A stretch of DNA of 64,000 nt from Sandaracinaceae bacterium (GTDB lineage: Bacteria > Myxococcota_A > Polyangia > Polyangiales > Sandaracinaceae), in the NCBI GenBank assembly GCA_044220955.1, contig JBGAQA010000022.1, forward strand, positions 20,734 through 84,733, written 5' to 3'. The position numbers were made by a program, and so were the translations under genes. The notes under the pieces were generated by a model. The model worked only from the letters and a program-made list of their open reading frames with translations, searched no databases and was not told where the DNA came from. The first letter of the stretch is position 1, and each line of letters opens with the position of its first letter. Shown one piece after another: positions 38,214 through 48,977 of the stretch.

Positions 38214-39590
38214 TCAGCGCCGCAGGCGCTCGACCAGGGCGGCGACGTAGCTCGCCTCGTCGCTCGGCCCGCCCGCGCGCACCGGGCCGATCTCCTCCAG
38301 CACCGCGCGCACTTGGACGTCTCGTCCGGCGGCGAAGAGCGCGAGCGCCACGCGCGCCAGCGCGCCCGGGCGGTGCTCGGGTGACGTCCGGCGCGCGGCG
38401 TCGAGCGCCTCGTCGTGGTGGCCGGCGCGGGCGAGCGCGATCGCGACGGCGGCGAGCGCCGAAGAGCGGGCCATGGCGGGCACGCGGGTGCCGACGAGGT
38501 CGGGGACGCGCCCCGCAGCGGCCACGAGGCCCTCGCGCCCCGCGGCCGGCGTCCCCGGTGCGACCGCGCCCGCCGCGAGCGCCACGAGCTCGCTCCGTAC
38601 GTACGTGTCGACGTCCGGGCACGCCTCCGCCTCGGCCAGCACGTGCAGCGCCTGCCCGAGGTTCTGCACCGCCGCGCACCCCTCGATGCGGACGCGCAGC
38701 TGGGCGCGTCGCTCGGCACCGTAGTCCATCTCGCCGAAGCGCCGGAACGAGCTCGAGAGCGGCAACTGCCGCGTCGTCGGCGAGAGCGAGCGCCGGCCGA
38801 GCGGCAGGCCACGCATCGACGCGAGGTGCTGCACGCGATGCCGCGCGTCGGCGATGCCCTGGCGGAATTTCGCGGTGTACCCGTCCAGGTCGTCGTCGAC
38901 GTCGACGCGGTCGATGCACGCGTCCGCCTCGAGCAGGAGCGCGGGGGCGTTCTCGTCGCCCGCCGCGGCGAGCGCGGCGGCACACCACGCGTAGCGGTTC
39001 GCGCGGGCGACCGGCTCGGTGTCCCGCGGCGGCGCGGCGGCGAGCAGCGCGTCTGCCAGCGTGCGCGCGCGGTCCTCCGCTCCGAGCAGACCGAGCGCCG
39101 TCGCGATCAGCGCCTCTGCGTGGACGGCGGCCGCCGCGGCGTGGCGGGCCGTCTCCCAGCGCTCGTGGTGCGCGGCGGCGAGGCCGCGCGCGATCGGGAG
39201 AAGCTGCGCCTCGATATCGACCGTCGTCTCGGGCGCCCCACCGGCGACCAGCCCCGCGAGCCCGGCGCGCAGCGTCGCCGCCGCCGCTTGCCACTCGCCC
39301 GCGCCCCGGACGAGCGCGGCCACCGCCTCGACGTCGCCGGCACGCCCGAGCGCCTCGGTCAGCGCCGCGCGCGCGCCGCCACGCGCAAGGCCCCGTGTCG
39401 CGATCGCGTCGAGCACGTCCCGCTCGCCGCGCGCATCGCACGCGCGCACGAGCGCGGCGAGCGTCTCCGGGTCCGGCGCGCGGCCCAGCGCCTCGAGCAC
39501 CTCGCGCCGCAGCGCTCCGGCGTCCACCCTCGCCCCGCGCGCGTCGAGCGCCTCGGCGACGTCGAGCCATGCGCGCGTCGTGGCCCCCAT
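38214..39590 (-). CDS. Hypothetical alpha-helical repeat protein
   Basis: 458-aa Ala/Leu-rich ORF with GC3-biased codons; no recognised motif. Confidence 0.6.
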   Translation of the reverse strand: MGATTRAWLDVAEALDARGARVDAGALRREVLEALGRAPDPETLAALVRACDARGERDVLDAIATRGLARGGARAALTEALGRAGDVEAVAALVRGAGEWQAAAATLRAGLAGLVAGGAPETTVDIEAQLLPIARGLAAAHHERWETARHAAAAAVHAEALIATALGLLGAEDRARTLADALLAAAPPRDTEPVARANRYAWCAAALAAAGDENAPALLLEADACIDRVDVDDDLDGYTAKFRQGIADARHRVQHLASMRGLPLGRRSLSPTTRQLPLSSSFRRFGEMDYGAERRAQLRVRIEGCAAVQNLGQALHVLAEAEACPDVDTYVRSELVALAAGAVAPGTPAAGREGLVAAAGRVPDLVGTRVPAMARSSALAAVAIALARAGHHDEALDAARRTSPEHRPGALARVALALFAAGRDVQVRAVLEEIGPVRAGGPSDEASYVAALVERLRR

Positions 39591-39682
39591 CGGCGCCCGA
39601 GCATCCGCGAGCGCCCGGTCGTGGTCAACGACGCGGCCCCCTCTCCCATCCCGCCCCGGCTCGCATCGCTCGGAGGCGTGCG

Positions 39683-39688
39683 TAGAAT
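39683..39688 (+). promoter_or_regulatory. -10 element (TAGAAT) 6 nt before ATG; probable leaderless promoter
   Basis: TAGAAT-CGCGGC-ATG with no SD; one of many such sites in the window. Confidence 0.6.
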
Positions 39689-39694
39689 CGCGGC

Positions 39695-41185
39695 ATGTCG
39701 AGACGAGACATCATCGTCGTCGGCGGAGGCGTCGCCGGGCTCGCGACAGGCTGCTACGCGTCGATGAACGGCTTCGCCGTGCAGATCGTCGAGCATGGCC
39801 TGTCGGCGGGTGGCGTCTGCACCGCGTGGAGACGAGGGCCCTACACCATCGACGGCTGCGTGCACTGGCTCCTGGGCACCGGGCCGGGCGGCCCGTTCCG
39901 GCCGATCTTCGAGGAGCTCGGCATCGTGCGCGACGCACCGCTGCGCCCGATCGAGCACTTCACACGCTATCAGAACGTGCATGACGGATGGTCGATCGAC
40001 CTGACCTCCGACCTGGCCGCGGTGCAGCGGGCCATGCTCGACATCGCGCCGGAGGACCGCGCGCTGATCGCGCGGATCTTCGAGGGCGCGGCGGCCATGT
40101 CGGACTTCGTCTGGCCGGTGTCCGAGCCGCCGGAGCTCGTGCCGCTCCGGGAGAAGCTCCTCGAGCTCTGGCAGATGCGCAGCGCCGCGCCGGCCTTCCT
40201 CCGTTTCCACGGCGACGTGGGGACGTTCTGCCGGGAGCACGTCGCGAGCGCGCGCCTGCGCGAGCTGCTCGGCGCCTGGATCGCGCCGGAGATGCCCACG
40301 TTCTTCCTGCTGATGCTCCTCTCGCAGCTCGCGGGGCGCCAGCTCTGCCGTCCCCGCGGCGGCTCCGCGGCGCTGCGCGACGCGCTCGTGCGGCGCTTCG
40401 TCGAGCTCGGCGGTGAGCTCACGCTCGACACGACCGTCGAGGAGGTCGTCGTCGATCACGGCAGCGTGGCCGGCGTCCGCCTCGCGGACGGACGCATCCT
40501 GCGGGCGGATCGGGTGGTGAGCACCGCGTCGGCGTACGAGACGGCGCTGCGGCTCCTCGGCGGCCGCTTCCTCGATCGCGCCACGCGCGAGCGCCTCGAC
40601 GAGTGGCCGAAGTACGAGGCCATCGCGCTCGTGAGCTACGGCGTCGAGCGCCCGCTCGCCGACGCGCCCTGGTCCTGGATCGTGCACCAGCGCGATCCCT
40701 TCACACTCGGGGGGCGCGCCCAGCCACAGCTGAACTTCCGCACGTACAACGACGACCCCGTCTACGCGCCGGCCGGACACACGGTGATCCAGGCGATGCT
40801 CGAGACCGACTACCGCTTCTGGGCGGAGCGCGGCGACGACTACGCGGCCACGCGCGACGAGGCAGCCTCGGCGCTGCTCGATCGGCTCGAGGAGTCGCTC
40901 CCCGGAATCCGCGGCGACGTGCGGATGACGGATGTCGCGACGCCGCTGACCTTCTGGCGCTTCGCGCGCGTCTGGCGCGGCGCGTTCGAGGGGTGGCTGC
41001 CGACCCAGCGAACGTACGGCGTGCGCGTCCCGCGCAAGGTTCCAGGCCTCGCCGGGCTCTACCTCGCCGGACAGTGGGTCGAGCCGGGCGGCGGCGTGCC
41101 GGTGTCGATGATGTCGGGCCGCCACGCCGTGCAGACGCTCTGCGCCGATCTCGGCAAGACCTTCGTCGCCCAGCGAGCCGAGTAG
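39695..41185 (+). CDS. Phytoene desaturase-family FAD-dependent oxidoreductase
   Basis: IVVGGGVAGL, GG.CTAWRRGPYTIDGCVHWL, DVATPLT, GLYLAGQWVEPGGGVP. Confidence 0.85.
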   Translation: MSRRDIIVVGGGVAGLATGCYASMNGFAVQIVEHGLSAGGVCTAWRRGPYTIDGCVHWLLGTGPGGPFRPIFEELGIVRDAPLRPIEHFTRYQNVHDGWSIDLTSDLAAVQRAMLDIAPEDRALIARIFEGAAAMSDFVWPVSEPPELVPLREKLLELWQMRSAAPAFLRFHGDVGTFCREHVASARLRELLGAWIAPEMPTFFLLMLLSQLAGRQLCRPRGGSAALRDALVRRFVELGGELTLDTTVEEVVVDHGSVAGVRLADGRILRADRVVSTASAYETALRLLGGRFLDRATRERLDEWPKYEAIALVSYGVERPLADAPWSWIVHQRDPFTLGGRAQPQLNFRTYNDDPVYAPAGHTVIQAMLETDYRFWAERGDDYAATRDEAASALLDRLEESLPGIRGDVRMTDVATPLTFWRFARVWRGAFEGWLPTQRTYGVRVPRKVPGLAGLYLAGQWVEPGGGVPVSMMSGRHAVQTLCADLGKTFVAQRAE

Positions 41186-41192
41186 GCGCGGC

Positions 41193-41846
41193 TCAGCGGC
41201 ACACGCTCGACTCACACCGCGGCTGCGTCGCCGGGCAGTCGGCCGCGGTGTGGCACCGCCACCAGGCCGCGCAGCGCGAGGCGCACCCGATGGTGACCCA
41301 GTCGCTCTCGGACACGAAGCAGCAGCCGGTGCCGGCCGGGCAGTCCTCCGGGCCGTCGCAGGGCTCCGCGATGGCCCACGAGGTCGGCGAGCACCCGCCG
41401 CAGTAGGTCCGCTCGAGCGTGAGGTCGGTGCAGCACGGCTCGCCGGTGCAGGACGCAGCGCCGCACGCGACGACGACGCAGTCCGCGAGCCCCTCGTCGG
41501 TTCGTCCGTCGCAGTCGTCGTCGAGATCGTTGCAGGCCTCGACGACGCCGCAGTCCCCCGCGAGGCTCGCATCCTGCGGCGCGTAGTACGCGTGGTTCGC
41601 CGCCGGGTCGAAGGCGTCGATCGTGGCCGCGTCGCGCGCGACGGCCGTCGCGTCGAGCGATGCGGGTGGCCACGCGTCGGCGACGGGCGGCAGGCTCGTG
41701 TCGCGGCCCGCGCGCCACGCGTCGCGGGTCACGAAGGCGTCGCGCCCCGCGGCATCGACCGGCGTCTCCGACACCGCGCAGCCCGCCAGGGCGAGCGCGA
41801 GGGCAGCGACAGACGACGGACGCGCTCGCCTCACGAGCCCGATCAC
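41193..41846 (-). CDS. Cys-rich lipoprotein with putative metal-binding (MopE-related) motif
   Basis: Lipobox LAGC; EACNDLDDDCDGRTDEG; CDGPEDCPAGTGCC; start approximate. Confidence 0.7.
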   Translation of the reverse strand: MIGLVRRARPSSVAALALALAGCAVSETPVDAAGRDAFVTRDAWRAGRDTSLPPVADAWPPASLDATAVARDAATIDAFDPAANHAYYAPQDASLAGDCGVVEACNDLDDDCDGRTDEGLADCVVVACGAASCTGEPCCTDLTLERTYCGGCSPTSWAIAEPCDGPEDCPAGTGCCFVSESDWVTIGCASRCAAWWRCHTAADCPATQPRCESSVCR

Positions 41847-41851
41847 GCCCG

Positions 41852-42289
41852 TCAGCCCGCGGCGCGCGCCCGGGGCGCGGCCTTCTTGCCCGAGACGTTC
41901 AGCGCGACCGCGGCGCGGACGAGCGCCTTCAGGGCGCGCGCGTCGATCGTCTCGCCCTGCCGGACGTCGATGGCGCGTCGCACGTTCCCCTCCAGGCTGG
42001 AGTTGAAGAGGCGCGACGGGTCCGCGAGGGCCGCGCCCCTGGCGAACGTCATCTTCACGACGCTCTTGTAGGTCTCGCCCGTGCAGACGATGCCCTCGTG
42101 CGACCAGACGGGGGTCTCCCACTTCCACTCCTCGACGATCGCGGGGTCGGCCTCCTGGATCAGCGCGCGGAGCCGGCCGAGCATCTCGCCGCGCCAGTCG
42201 CCGAGCTGGGCGACCTTCGCGTCGATCCGCTCGGACGCGGACGGGGCCTGCGGGTGATCGGTGGGGCTCGGCTTCTTCGCGCGCGGCAT
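41852..42289 (-). CDS. DUF1801 (YdhG-like) domain protein
   Basis: DWRGEML..LR.LI..ADP.IVEEWKW..PVWSH.G...KMTFARGAAL.DP. Confidence 0.85.
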   Translation of the reverse strand: MPRAKKPSPTDHPQAPSASERIDAKVAQLGDWRGEMLGRLRALIQEADPAIVEEWKWETPVWSHEGIVCTGETYKSVVKMTFARGAALADPSRLFNSSLEGNVRRAIDVRQGETIDARALKALVRAAVALNVSGKKAAPRARAAG

Positions 42290-42365
42290 CGACGCTCCTC
42301 GAGGACAGCTTGAGGCGCGGGCCGCTCGACGCGCAAGAGCGCCCGAGCGGCTGGCCCGCGGCGCG

Positions 42366-42974
42366 TCAGCTGGCGCCCGTGCGGCGCGCGCGCACCACGA
42401 GCGCGACGATGGCCCCGACGACCACGAGCACGATCACCACGGTCGAGTAGGCCGAGACGATCCCCGCCAGGCGCTCCCAGTTCGCCGACACGAGCCACCC
42501 CGCGCCCATGAGAACGGCGTTCCACGCCATCGCCGAGGCGCCGCCGAGCAGCAGCACGCGCCAGAAGGACAGGTTGCTCATCCCCGCGCCGACGAACACG
42601 AAGGCGCGCAGCGCCGGGATGAAGCGGTGCACGACGAGGAAGAGCGAGCCGTGCTGCTCGAAGCGCGCCTGCACCTCTCGGAGCGCGGCCTCGGCGCGCG
42701 GACCGCGGAGCAACGCAGGACGGCTGTCTCGCGCCGCGTAGCGTCGGCCGAGCCACCACATCGCCTGCCCGCCGACGACCGCGCCGGCGACGAGCGCCGC
42801 GTACACGATCGCGGGCTGGTAGCCCGCGCCGAACGCGAGGCACACGCCGAACACCGCGATCGCATCGCCGGGGAAGGGTGGGAACACGTACTCGATGAGC
42901 CCGGCGAGCCCCAGCACGAGGTACGCGGGTGGTCCCTCGTGCGTGCGGAGCCAGTCGAGGATCGAGGTGAGCAT
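42366..42974 (-). CDS. DedA family membrane protein
   Basis: IEYVFPPFPGD, RFIPALR, GAGM, several TM helices. Confidence 0.88.
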   Translation of the reverse strand: MLTSILDWLRTHEGPPAYLVLGLAGLIEYVFPPFPGDAIAVFGVCLAFGAGYQPAIVYAALVAGAVVGGQAMWWLGRRYAARDSRPALLRGPRAEAALREVQARFEQHGSLFLVVHRFIPALRAFVFVGAGMSNLSFWRVLLLGGASAMAWNAVLMGAGWLVSANWERLAGIVSAYSTVVIVLVVVGAIVALVVRARRTGAS

Positions 42975-43029
42975 CGGCACCGGCACGTTCCCACGCGCGC
43001 GGCGGGCGCGCACCCGGGTACCATGCGGC

Positions 43030-43923
43030 ATGCGCAGAGCCCTGCTCCTCGTCCCCGTGCTCGTCGTCGCGAGCGCGGCCCAGGCCGATCCACCCATCGA
43101 CGACACGCTGGCCGGCTACGCGCTGGCGCTCGCGGAGCGGCCGCACGACACCGCGCTGCTGCGCGAGCGGGCGGAGCTCTTGCTGATGTCCGGCCAGCCC
43201 GCCCAGGCCCTCGACGACCTGCGCCTCGCGCTCGCGCTCGCGCCGGAGGACTCCTCCTCGCTCGTCCTACAGGGCCGCGCGCTCGAGGCGCTCGGCCAGC
43301 CGGACCAAGCGCTCGCGATCCTGGATCGCGCGGTCGCCATCGCCCCGTCGAGCTTCGCCGCGCGCCGCGCGCGGGCAGATCTACGCGCGGTGTCGGGAGA
43401 TCGCCGGGGCGCCATCGAGGATCTCGACGCGGCGCTCGCGCTCGCGGACGACGTCGACGCGTTTCTCGACCGCGGGCGCTGGCTCGTGCGCGAGGGACGC
43501 GCCGCCGAGGCCGCCCAGGGGCTCGACGAGGCGCTCGCGCGGACGCACGACGCTGCGCCGCTCGTGCTCGCGGCGGTCGACGCGCACGTGGCCGCGGGCG
43601 AGGCGCACGTGGCGCTCGGCATCGTCGACGCCGCCGTCCGACGCGCGCCGACGGATCCGCGGCTCGCGCTGCTCCGCGGCGACGTGCTCGCGCGGCTCGG
43701 CCGGACGCCGGACGCAGCGGCGGCATGGCAGAGCGCGCTCCTCGCGATCGACGCGCGCCTCGCGCGCCGCCGGACCGTCGCGCTGCTCGTCGATCGTGGC
43801 GAGGCGCTCGTGCGGCTCGGACGAGGGGACGAGGCGCGGGCCGCGCTCGACGAGGCGTCTCTGGCAGCGCCGCGCTATCCACGGGTCCTCGCGCTGGCCG
43901 CGCACCTCCGGGGGGCGCTCTGA
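43030..43923 (+). CDS. Exported TPR-repeat protein
   Basis: Signal peptide AQA-D; multiple TPR helices; TGATG coupling to the next gene. Confidence 0.8.
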   Translation: MRRALLLVPVLVVASAAQADPPIDDTLAGYALALAERPHDTALLRERAELLLMSGQPAQALDDLRLALALAPEDSSSLVLQGRALEALGQPDQALAILDRAVAIAPSSFAARRARADLRAVSGDRRGAIEDLDAALALADDVDAFLDRGRWLVREGRAAEAAQGLDEALARTHDAAPLVLAAVDAHVAAGEAHVALGIVDAAVRRAPTDPRLALLRGDVLARLGRTPDAAAAWQSALLAIDARLARRRTVALLVDRGEALVRLGRGDEARAALDEASLAAPRYPRVLALAAHLRGAL

Positions 43924-45458
43924 TGCGCGCCCTCGTCGTCCTCGCCGTGTGGCTCGCGGCGACCTCCGCCGGCGCCCAGGCGCGCATCCCGTATCTCCAG
44001 CGCGGGACGAGCACGTCCATGCGCGTCGTCTGGCGCAGCGCCGCGGCCGAGCCCTCGCGCGTGTGCTGGGGCACGAGCGTGAGCTCGCTGGGCAACGGCG
44101 CCGGCAGCGGCACCAGCGAGATCGATCACGACGTCGAGATCACCGGCCTCTCGGCCTCCACGCAGTACTTCTACGTCGCCGGTCGCACGTCGTGCTCGGC
44201 GAGCACGACCGGAGACGCGCGCGACACGTTCACCACTTCGCCGGTCCCGGGCACGCGCGTGCCCTTCCGCCTCTGGGTGGTCGGCGACTCGGGCACGGGC
44301 GACTCGGCCGAGCGCGGCGTGCGCGACGCGATGCTCGCGTACGTCGGCACGCACGCGCCCGATCTGATGCTGCACATGGGGGACATCGCGTACACGTCCG
44401 GCACGACCGCGCAGTTCGACAGCGGCTTCTTCGGCCCCTACGCCGACATCCTGCGGCACACGCCTTCCTGGCCCACGCTGGGCAACCACGAGGGCATCAG
44501 CTCGCACTCCTCGACGCAGACGGGCCCCTACTTCGAGGCGTACTCGCTCCCGGCGGACGGCAGCGCGGGCGGCGTGCCGAGCGGCACGGAGGCCTACTAC
44601 TCGTTCGACTACGCCAACGCGCACTTCGTCGTGCTCAACTCGCAGGACGTGTCGCGCTCGCCCTCCGGCGCGATGCTCACGTGGCTCGAGAGCGATCTCT
44701 CGGCGAACATCGCCGACTGGACGCTCGCGTACTTCCACCACCCCGCGTACACCCGCGGGACGCACAACTCGGACACCGAGACGCAGCTGCGCGAGATGCG
44801 CGAGAACGCGCTGCCGATCCTCGAGGCGCACGGCGTCGACGCGGTGCTGGCGGGGCACTCGCACGCGTACGAGCGCAGCTACCTCGTGCGGGGGGCGTTC
44901 GACACGCCGACGACGTCCGCGGGGCACGTCGTCGATCCGGGGGACGGGCGGCTCGACGGAGACGGCGCGTACCACTCGGGTCCGGACGGTACGCTCTACG
45001 TCGTGGCGGGGCACGGCGGCGCGTCGACGGGCGGCACGCTCGATCACCCGCTGATGTTCTTCTCCGAGGCGGAGCACGGCTCCTGCATCGTCGACGTCGA
45101 CGGCGACACGCTGACGCTCACCAACGTGCGCTCCGACGGAGCGACGACGGACCACGTCACGCTCACGCACGCGGGGACCGGCCCGATGCTCGATGCGGGC
45201 GTCGGCCCGCGCGACGCGGGGCCTCCGGTCGATGCGGCGCGTCCCGTCGACGCGGCGGCGGGGCTCGACGCGGCGGCCGGGCTCGACGCGGCCGCCGCGG
45301 ACGCTGCCGGAGCCGACGCCGCCTCGACGCCGCCGCCCGCGAGCGGCGGATGCGGGTGCCGCGCGGCGGGGCTGGCCGCCTCTCCCGGGGTCGCGCTCCT
45401 CGTCGCGCTCGGGCTGGTCCTGGCCGCCGGGCGCCGCGTCCGGCGCAGGGCCCCGTGA
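43923..45458 (+). CDS. Purple acid phosphatase-family metallophosphoesterase with MYXO-CTERM
   Basis: PYLQ FN3-like N-domain; GDSG, GDIAY, GNHE, HHP, GHSHAYER; C-terminal GGCGC-TM-RRVRRR. Confidence 0.9.
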   Translation: MRALVVLAVWLAATSAGAQARIPYLQRGTSTSMRVVWRSAAAEPSRVCWGTSVSSLGNGAGSGTSEIDHDVEITGLSASTQYFYVAGRTSCSASTTGDARDTFTTSPVPGTRVPFRLWVVGDSGTGDSAERGVRDAMLAYVGTHAPDLMLHMGDIAYTSGTTAQFDSGFFGPYADILRHTPSWPTLGNHEGISSHSSTQTGPYFEAYSLPADGSAGGVPSGTEAYYSFDYANAHFVVLNSQDVSRSPSGAMLTWLESDLSANIADWTLAYFHHPAYTRGTHNSDTETQLREMRENALPILEAHGVDAVLAGHSHAYERSYLVRGAFDTPTTSAGHVVDPGDGRLDGDGAYHSGPDGTLYVVAGHGGASTGGTLDHPLMFFSEAEHGSCIVDVDGDTLTLTNVRSDGATTDHVTLTHAGTGPMLDAGVGPRDAGPPVDAARPVDAAAGLDAAAGLDAAAADAAGADAASTPPPASGGCGCRAAGLAASPGVALLVALGLVLAAGRRVRRRAP

Positions 45459-45468
45459 CGAAGATGCC

Positions 45469-46389
45469 GTGACGTCGAGGGATCGCTTCGCTCGTGTCCG
45501 GGGGCTCCGTGCGGGCGGGCACCTGCGCGTGATCGCGCCCTCGAGCCCCTTCGAACGCGAGGCGCTCGATCGCGGCGTCGCGCGGCTGCGGGCACGCTAC
45601 ACGGTGACGTTCGACGACGATCTCTTCGCGCGCGAGGGCTTCCTCGCCGGAGACGACGCGCGACGGCTCGACGAGCTGCACGACGCGCTCCGGGACGAGA
45701 GCGTCGACGCCATCGTCTGCGCGCGCGGCGGCTACGGAGCCATGCGCCTGCTTTCGTCGCTCGACCTCGATCTCGTTCGCCGGGCGGGCAAGCTGCTCGT
45801 CGGCTTCAGCGACGTGACCGCGCTCCATGCCGTGTGGCAGCGCGCCGGCCTCCGCTCGCTGCACGCGTCGATGGTCGCGGCGCTCGGGAAGCTGCCCGAG
45901 GCGCGGGTCGAGCGCTGGACGCGCGCCGTCGAGGGCCACGTGCCCTTCACCGGACACGACGCGCCGATCCGGACCCTGGGCCGCGTGACCGCGCCGCTCG
46001 TGGGCGGAAACCTCGCGGTGGTCGCGGCCCTGGTCGGGACGCCCTTCGAGGTGCCGGTCGACGGCTGCGTGCTCCTGCTCGAGGACGTGGGGGAGGCCCC
46101 GTATCGCGTCGATCGCATGCTGACGACGCTGCGCCTCGCCGGTGTCTTCGCGCGCGCCGCGGGGGTCCTCCTCGGGGACTTCACGCGCTGCGACCCGCGC
46201 GAGGACGGGCGCACCGTGGACGCCGTCCTGCGCGATCGTCTGCTCGACCTGGCCATCCCCGTCGTCGGTCCCACGCCGATCGGCCACGACGACGCGGAGA
46301 ACTGGGAAGTCGCCCTCGGCGGCCTCGTCGACCTCGACGCGGACCGAGGGGTCGTGACCTTTCTCCACTCAGCGGTGGCACGCCCCTGA
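45469..46389 (+). CDS. ldcA: LD-carboxypeptidase (peptidase S66)
   Basis: IAPSS, RGGYG, GFSDVT (Ser), GGNL, LEDVGE (Glu), IGH (His). Confidence 0.9.
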   Translation: MTSRDRFARVRGLRAGGHLRVIAPSSPFEREALDRGVARLRARYTVTFDDDLFAREGFLAGDDARRLDELHDALRDESVDAIVCARGGYGAMRLLSSLDLDLVRRAGKLLVGFSDVTALHAVWQRAGLRSLHASMVAALGKLPEARVERWTRAVEGHVPFTGHDAPIRTLGRVTAPLVGGNLAVVAALVGTPFEVPVDGCVLLLEDVGEAPYRVDRMLTTLRLAGVFARAAGVLLGDFTRCDPREDGRTVDAVLRDRLLDLAIPVVGPTPIGHDDAENWEVALGGLVDLDADRGVVTFLHSAVARP

Positions 46390-46462
46390 CGCTGCGCGTT
46401 AGGCTTTCGGCCCTTCTGGACGGGAGCACCCGCCAGACGAACTGCCTGGAGGCCCGTCAGCC

Positions 46463-48064
46463 ATGAGCGCCGAGTCGATTTCGCCGTCCTTCTCGCTCTC
46501 GAAGTACGACATCCACGTCAAGACGCTGTTCCGCAACGCGTCGCCGGCGCTCCTCTACGAGCTCGCCCTCAAGCACGAGGCGGGAACGGCGATCAGCTCG
46601 ACGGGCGCGCTCATGGCGTTCTCCGGCGAGAAGACGGGTCGCTCGCCGAAGGACAAGCGCATCGTCGACGAGCCGAAGTCGCGCGACAACGTCTGGTGGG
46701 GCGACGTCAACATCAAGCTCGACCCCAACACGTTCATGGTCAACCGCGAGCGCGCCGTCGACTACCTCAACACGAAGGCGCACCTCTACGTGGTCGACGG
46801 CTTCGCGGGCTGGGACGAGCGCTACCGCTTCAAGGTCCGCATCGTCTGCTCGCGCGCGTACCACGCGCTCTTCATGTGGAACATGCTGATCCGCCCGACG
46901 CCGCAGGAGCTCGAGAGCTTCGGCGATCCCGACTACGTCGTCTACAACGCGGGCGCGTTCTCGGCGAACCGGTACACGTCGGGCATGACGAGCAAGACGA
47001 GCGTCGCGCTCGACTTCGCGCGCCAGGAGATGGTGATCCTCGGCACGGAGTACGCCGGTGAGATGAAGAAGGGCGTCTTCACCATCATGAACTACCTGAT
47101 GCCCCTCAAGGGGCAGCTCTCGATGCACTGCTCGGCCAACGAGGGCAAGGACGGCAAGGTCTCGATCTTCTTCGGCCTCAGCGGCACCGGCAAGACGACG
47201 CTGAGCGCGGATCCGAGCCGCTTCCTCATCGGCGACGACGAGCACGTGTGGACCGATCGCGGGGTGTTCAACATCGAGGGCGGCTGCTACGCGAAGGCCG
47301 TCAACCTGACGGCCGAGAGCGAGCCGGAGATCTTCCAGGCGATCCGCTACGGCTCGGTGCTCGAGAACGTCGTCTACGAGCCGAAGACCCGCGTGGTCGA
47401 CTACGAGAACATCTCGATCACCGAGAACACTCGCTGCAGCTACCCGGTCGAGTACATCAGCAACGCGAAGATCCCCTGCGTCGCCGGGCATCCGAACAAC
47501 GTCATCCTGCTCACCTGCGACGCGTACGGGGTGCTGCCCCCGGTCGCCAAGCTCACGCCCGAGCAGGCGATGTACCACTTCATCAGCGGCTACACGGCGA
47601 AGGTCGCCGGCACCGAGATGGGCGTGAAGGAGCCCTCGCCCACGTTCAGCGCGTGCTTCGGCGCGGCCTTCATGGTGTGGCACCCGAGCAAGTACGCCGA
47701 GCTGCTCGCGGAGCGGCTCAAGAAGCACGGCGCCCAGGCGTGGCTCGTCAACACGGGCTGGTCGGGCGGCGGCTTCGGCGTCGGCAAGCGCATGAGCCTG
47801 CGCCACACGCGCGCGATCCTCGACGGCATCCACGACGGATCGCTCGCCGACGCGCGGACCTCGAAGGACGACGTCTTCGGCTTCGAGGTGCCGGCCTCGT
47901 GCAGCGGCGTGCCGAGCGAGATCCTGCACCCGCGCATGACCTGGGCCGACAAGAACGCCTACGACGCGACGCAGAAGAAGCTCGCGAAGTACTTCGTCGA
48001 CAACTTCAAGAAGTTCGAGGCGGGCGCGAGCGAGGCCATCAAGCAGGCGGGCCCGAGGCTCTGA
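46463..48064 (+). CDS. pckA: Phosphoenolpyruvate carboxykinase (ATP)
   Basis: [59 protein letters not shown]. Confidence 0.97.
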   Translation: MSAESISPSFSLSKYDIHVKTLFRNASPALLYELALKHEAGTAISSTGALMAFSGEKTGRSPKDKRIVDEPKSRDNVWWGDVNIKLDPNTFMVNRERAVDYLNTKAHLYVVDGFAGWDERYRFKVRIVCSRAYHALFMWNMLIRPTPQELESFGDPDYVVYNAGAFSANRYTSGMTSKTSVALDFARQEMVILGTEYAGEMKKGVFTIMNYLMPLKGQLSMHCSANEGKDGKVSIFFGLSGTGKTTLSADPSRFLIGDDEHVWTDRGVFNIEGGCYAKAVNLTAESEPEIFQAIRYGSVLENVVYEPKTRVVDYENISITENTRCSYPVEYISNAKIPCVAGHPNNVILLTCDAYGVLPPVAKLTPEQAMYHFISGYTAKVAGTEMGVKEPSPTFSACFGAAFMVWHPSKYAELLAERLKKHGAQAWLVNTGWSGGGFGVGKRMSLRHTRAILDGIHDGSLADARTSKDDVFGFEVPASCSGVPSEILHPRMTWADKNAYDATQKKLAKYFVDNFKKFEAGASEAIKQAGPRL

Positions 48065-48152
48065 GGGAGGTCCGCGGGGCAGCTCGGCGGCCCAACGGCG
48101 CCGCCGGCCGCCCGAATTCGCGGCGGGCCTCCGACCTGGCTAAGCTAGCTCC

Positions 48153-48977
48153 GTGGTGCGTCGCCCAACCGTCCTGCTCAGCGAGGCCCTCGCCTCGGGC
48201 CTGGCCATCGACGAGCTCGCGCTCATGGTCGCGCGCGACGTGCGCCCGGACGCGACGCTCGATGCGACGCGGAGCTTCTTCGCCCGCGCTGCGCACCCGC
48301 TCATCGAGAACGAGGTGCGCGTGCTCGCGCCCTCGGTGCAGGCGGGGCTGCTCGCCGAGCAGGTCTTCCTCGAGCACCAGTTCCGCGGCAACGAGACGGA
48401 CTACTACGACCCCCGCAACAGCGACCTCACCGCCGTCGTCGAGCGGCGACTCGGGGTGCCGCTGACGCTCGGGATCGTGATGATCGCGATCGGCCGGCGC
48501 GCCGGGATGACCGTGCGTGGCGTGGGGTTCCCGGGGCACTTCCTCGTGCGGGTCGGTGAGGGCGAGGGCGTGCTGGTCGATCCCTTCGACGACGGCAAGG
48601 AGGTCGACGCCTCCCGGCTCGACCAGCTCTCTCAGCGGCACCTCGGCGGGCCCAAGCGCGTGATGCGCGAGCACCTCGCGCCCGTCGACGAGCGCTCGAT
48701 GCTCGTGCGGATGCTCATCAACCTCAAGCACGCGCACGAGCGGCGGAGCGCGCACGCCATCGCGCTGCTCGCTTGCGATCGGCTCGTCGACCTGACCGGC
48801 GCGGTCGAGTTCCGGCGCGACCGCGGGATGCACGCGCTCGCCATGGGCGCGGGGTTGGCCGCGGTCGCGGACCTCGAGGCCTACCTCGCCGAGTCGCCGA
48901 GCCCCCCGGACGAGGCGGACGTGCGTCGAGCCATCCTGCGCGCGCGGCGTGGCGCCGAGACCGCGCGCCTCTCCTGA
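48153..48977 (+). CDS. SirB1/YchA-like transglutaminase-fold TPR protein
   Basis: FRGNETDYYDPRNS.L..V.ERRLGVPLTL, GVGFPGHFLV, DPF, RMLINLK, RDRG, DLEAYL. Confidence 0.88.
   Translation: MVRRPTVLLSEALASGLAIDELALMVARDVRPDATLDATRSFFARAAHPLIENEVRVLAPSVQAGLLAEQVFLEHQFRGNETDYYDPRNSDLTAVVERRLGVPLTLGIVMIAIGRRAGMTVRGVGFPGHFLVRVGEGEGVLVDPFDDGKEVDASRLDQLSQRHLGGPKRVMREHLAPVDERSMLVRMLINLKHAHERRSAHAIALLACDRLVDLTGAVEFRRDRGMHALAMGAGLAAVADLEAYLAESPSPPDEADVRRAILRARRGAETARLS

Noticed and set aside
39669..39678. CTCGGAGGCG matching the tRNA-Thr 3' end as a possible attR
   Set aside because: Only 10 nt of GC-rich identity, which is expected by chance; no integrase present
39695..41185. crtI / carotenoid gene cluster
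   Set aside because: No crtB or crtE neighbours; only a family-level assignment is supported
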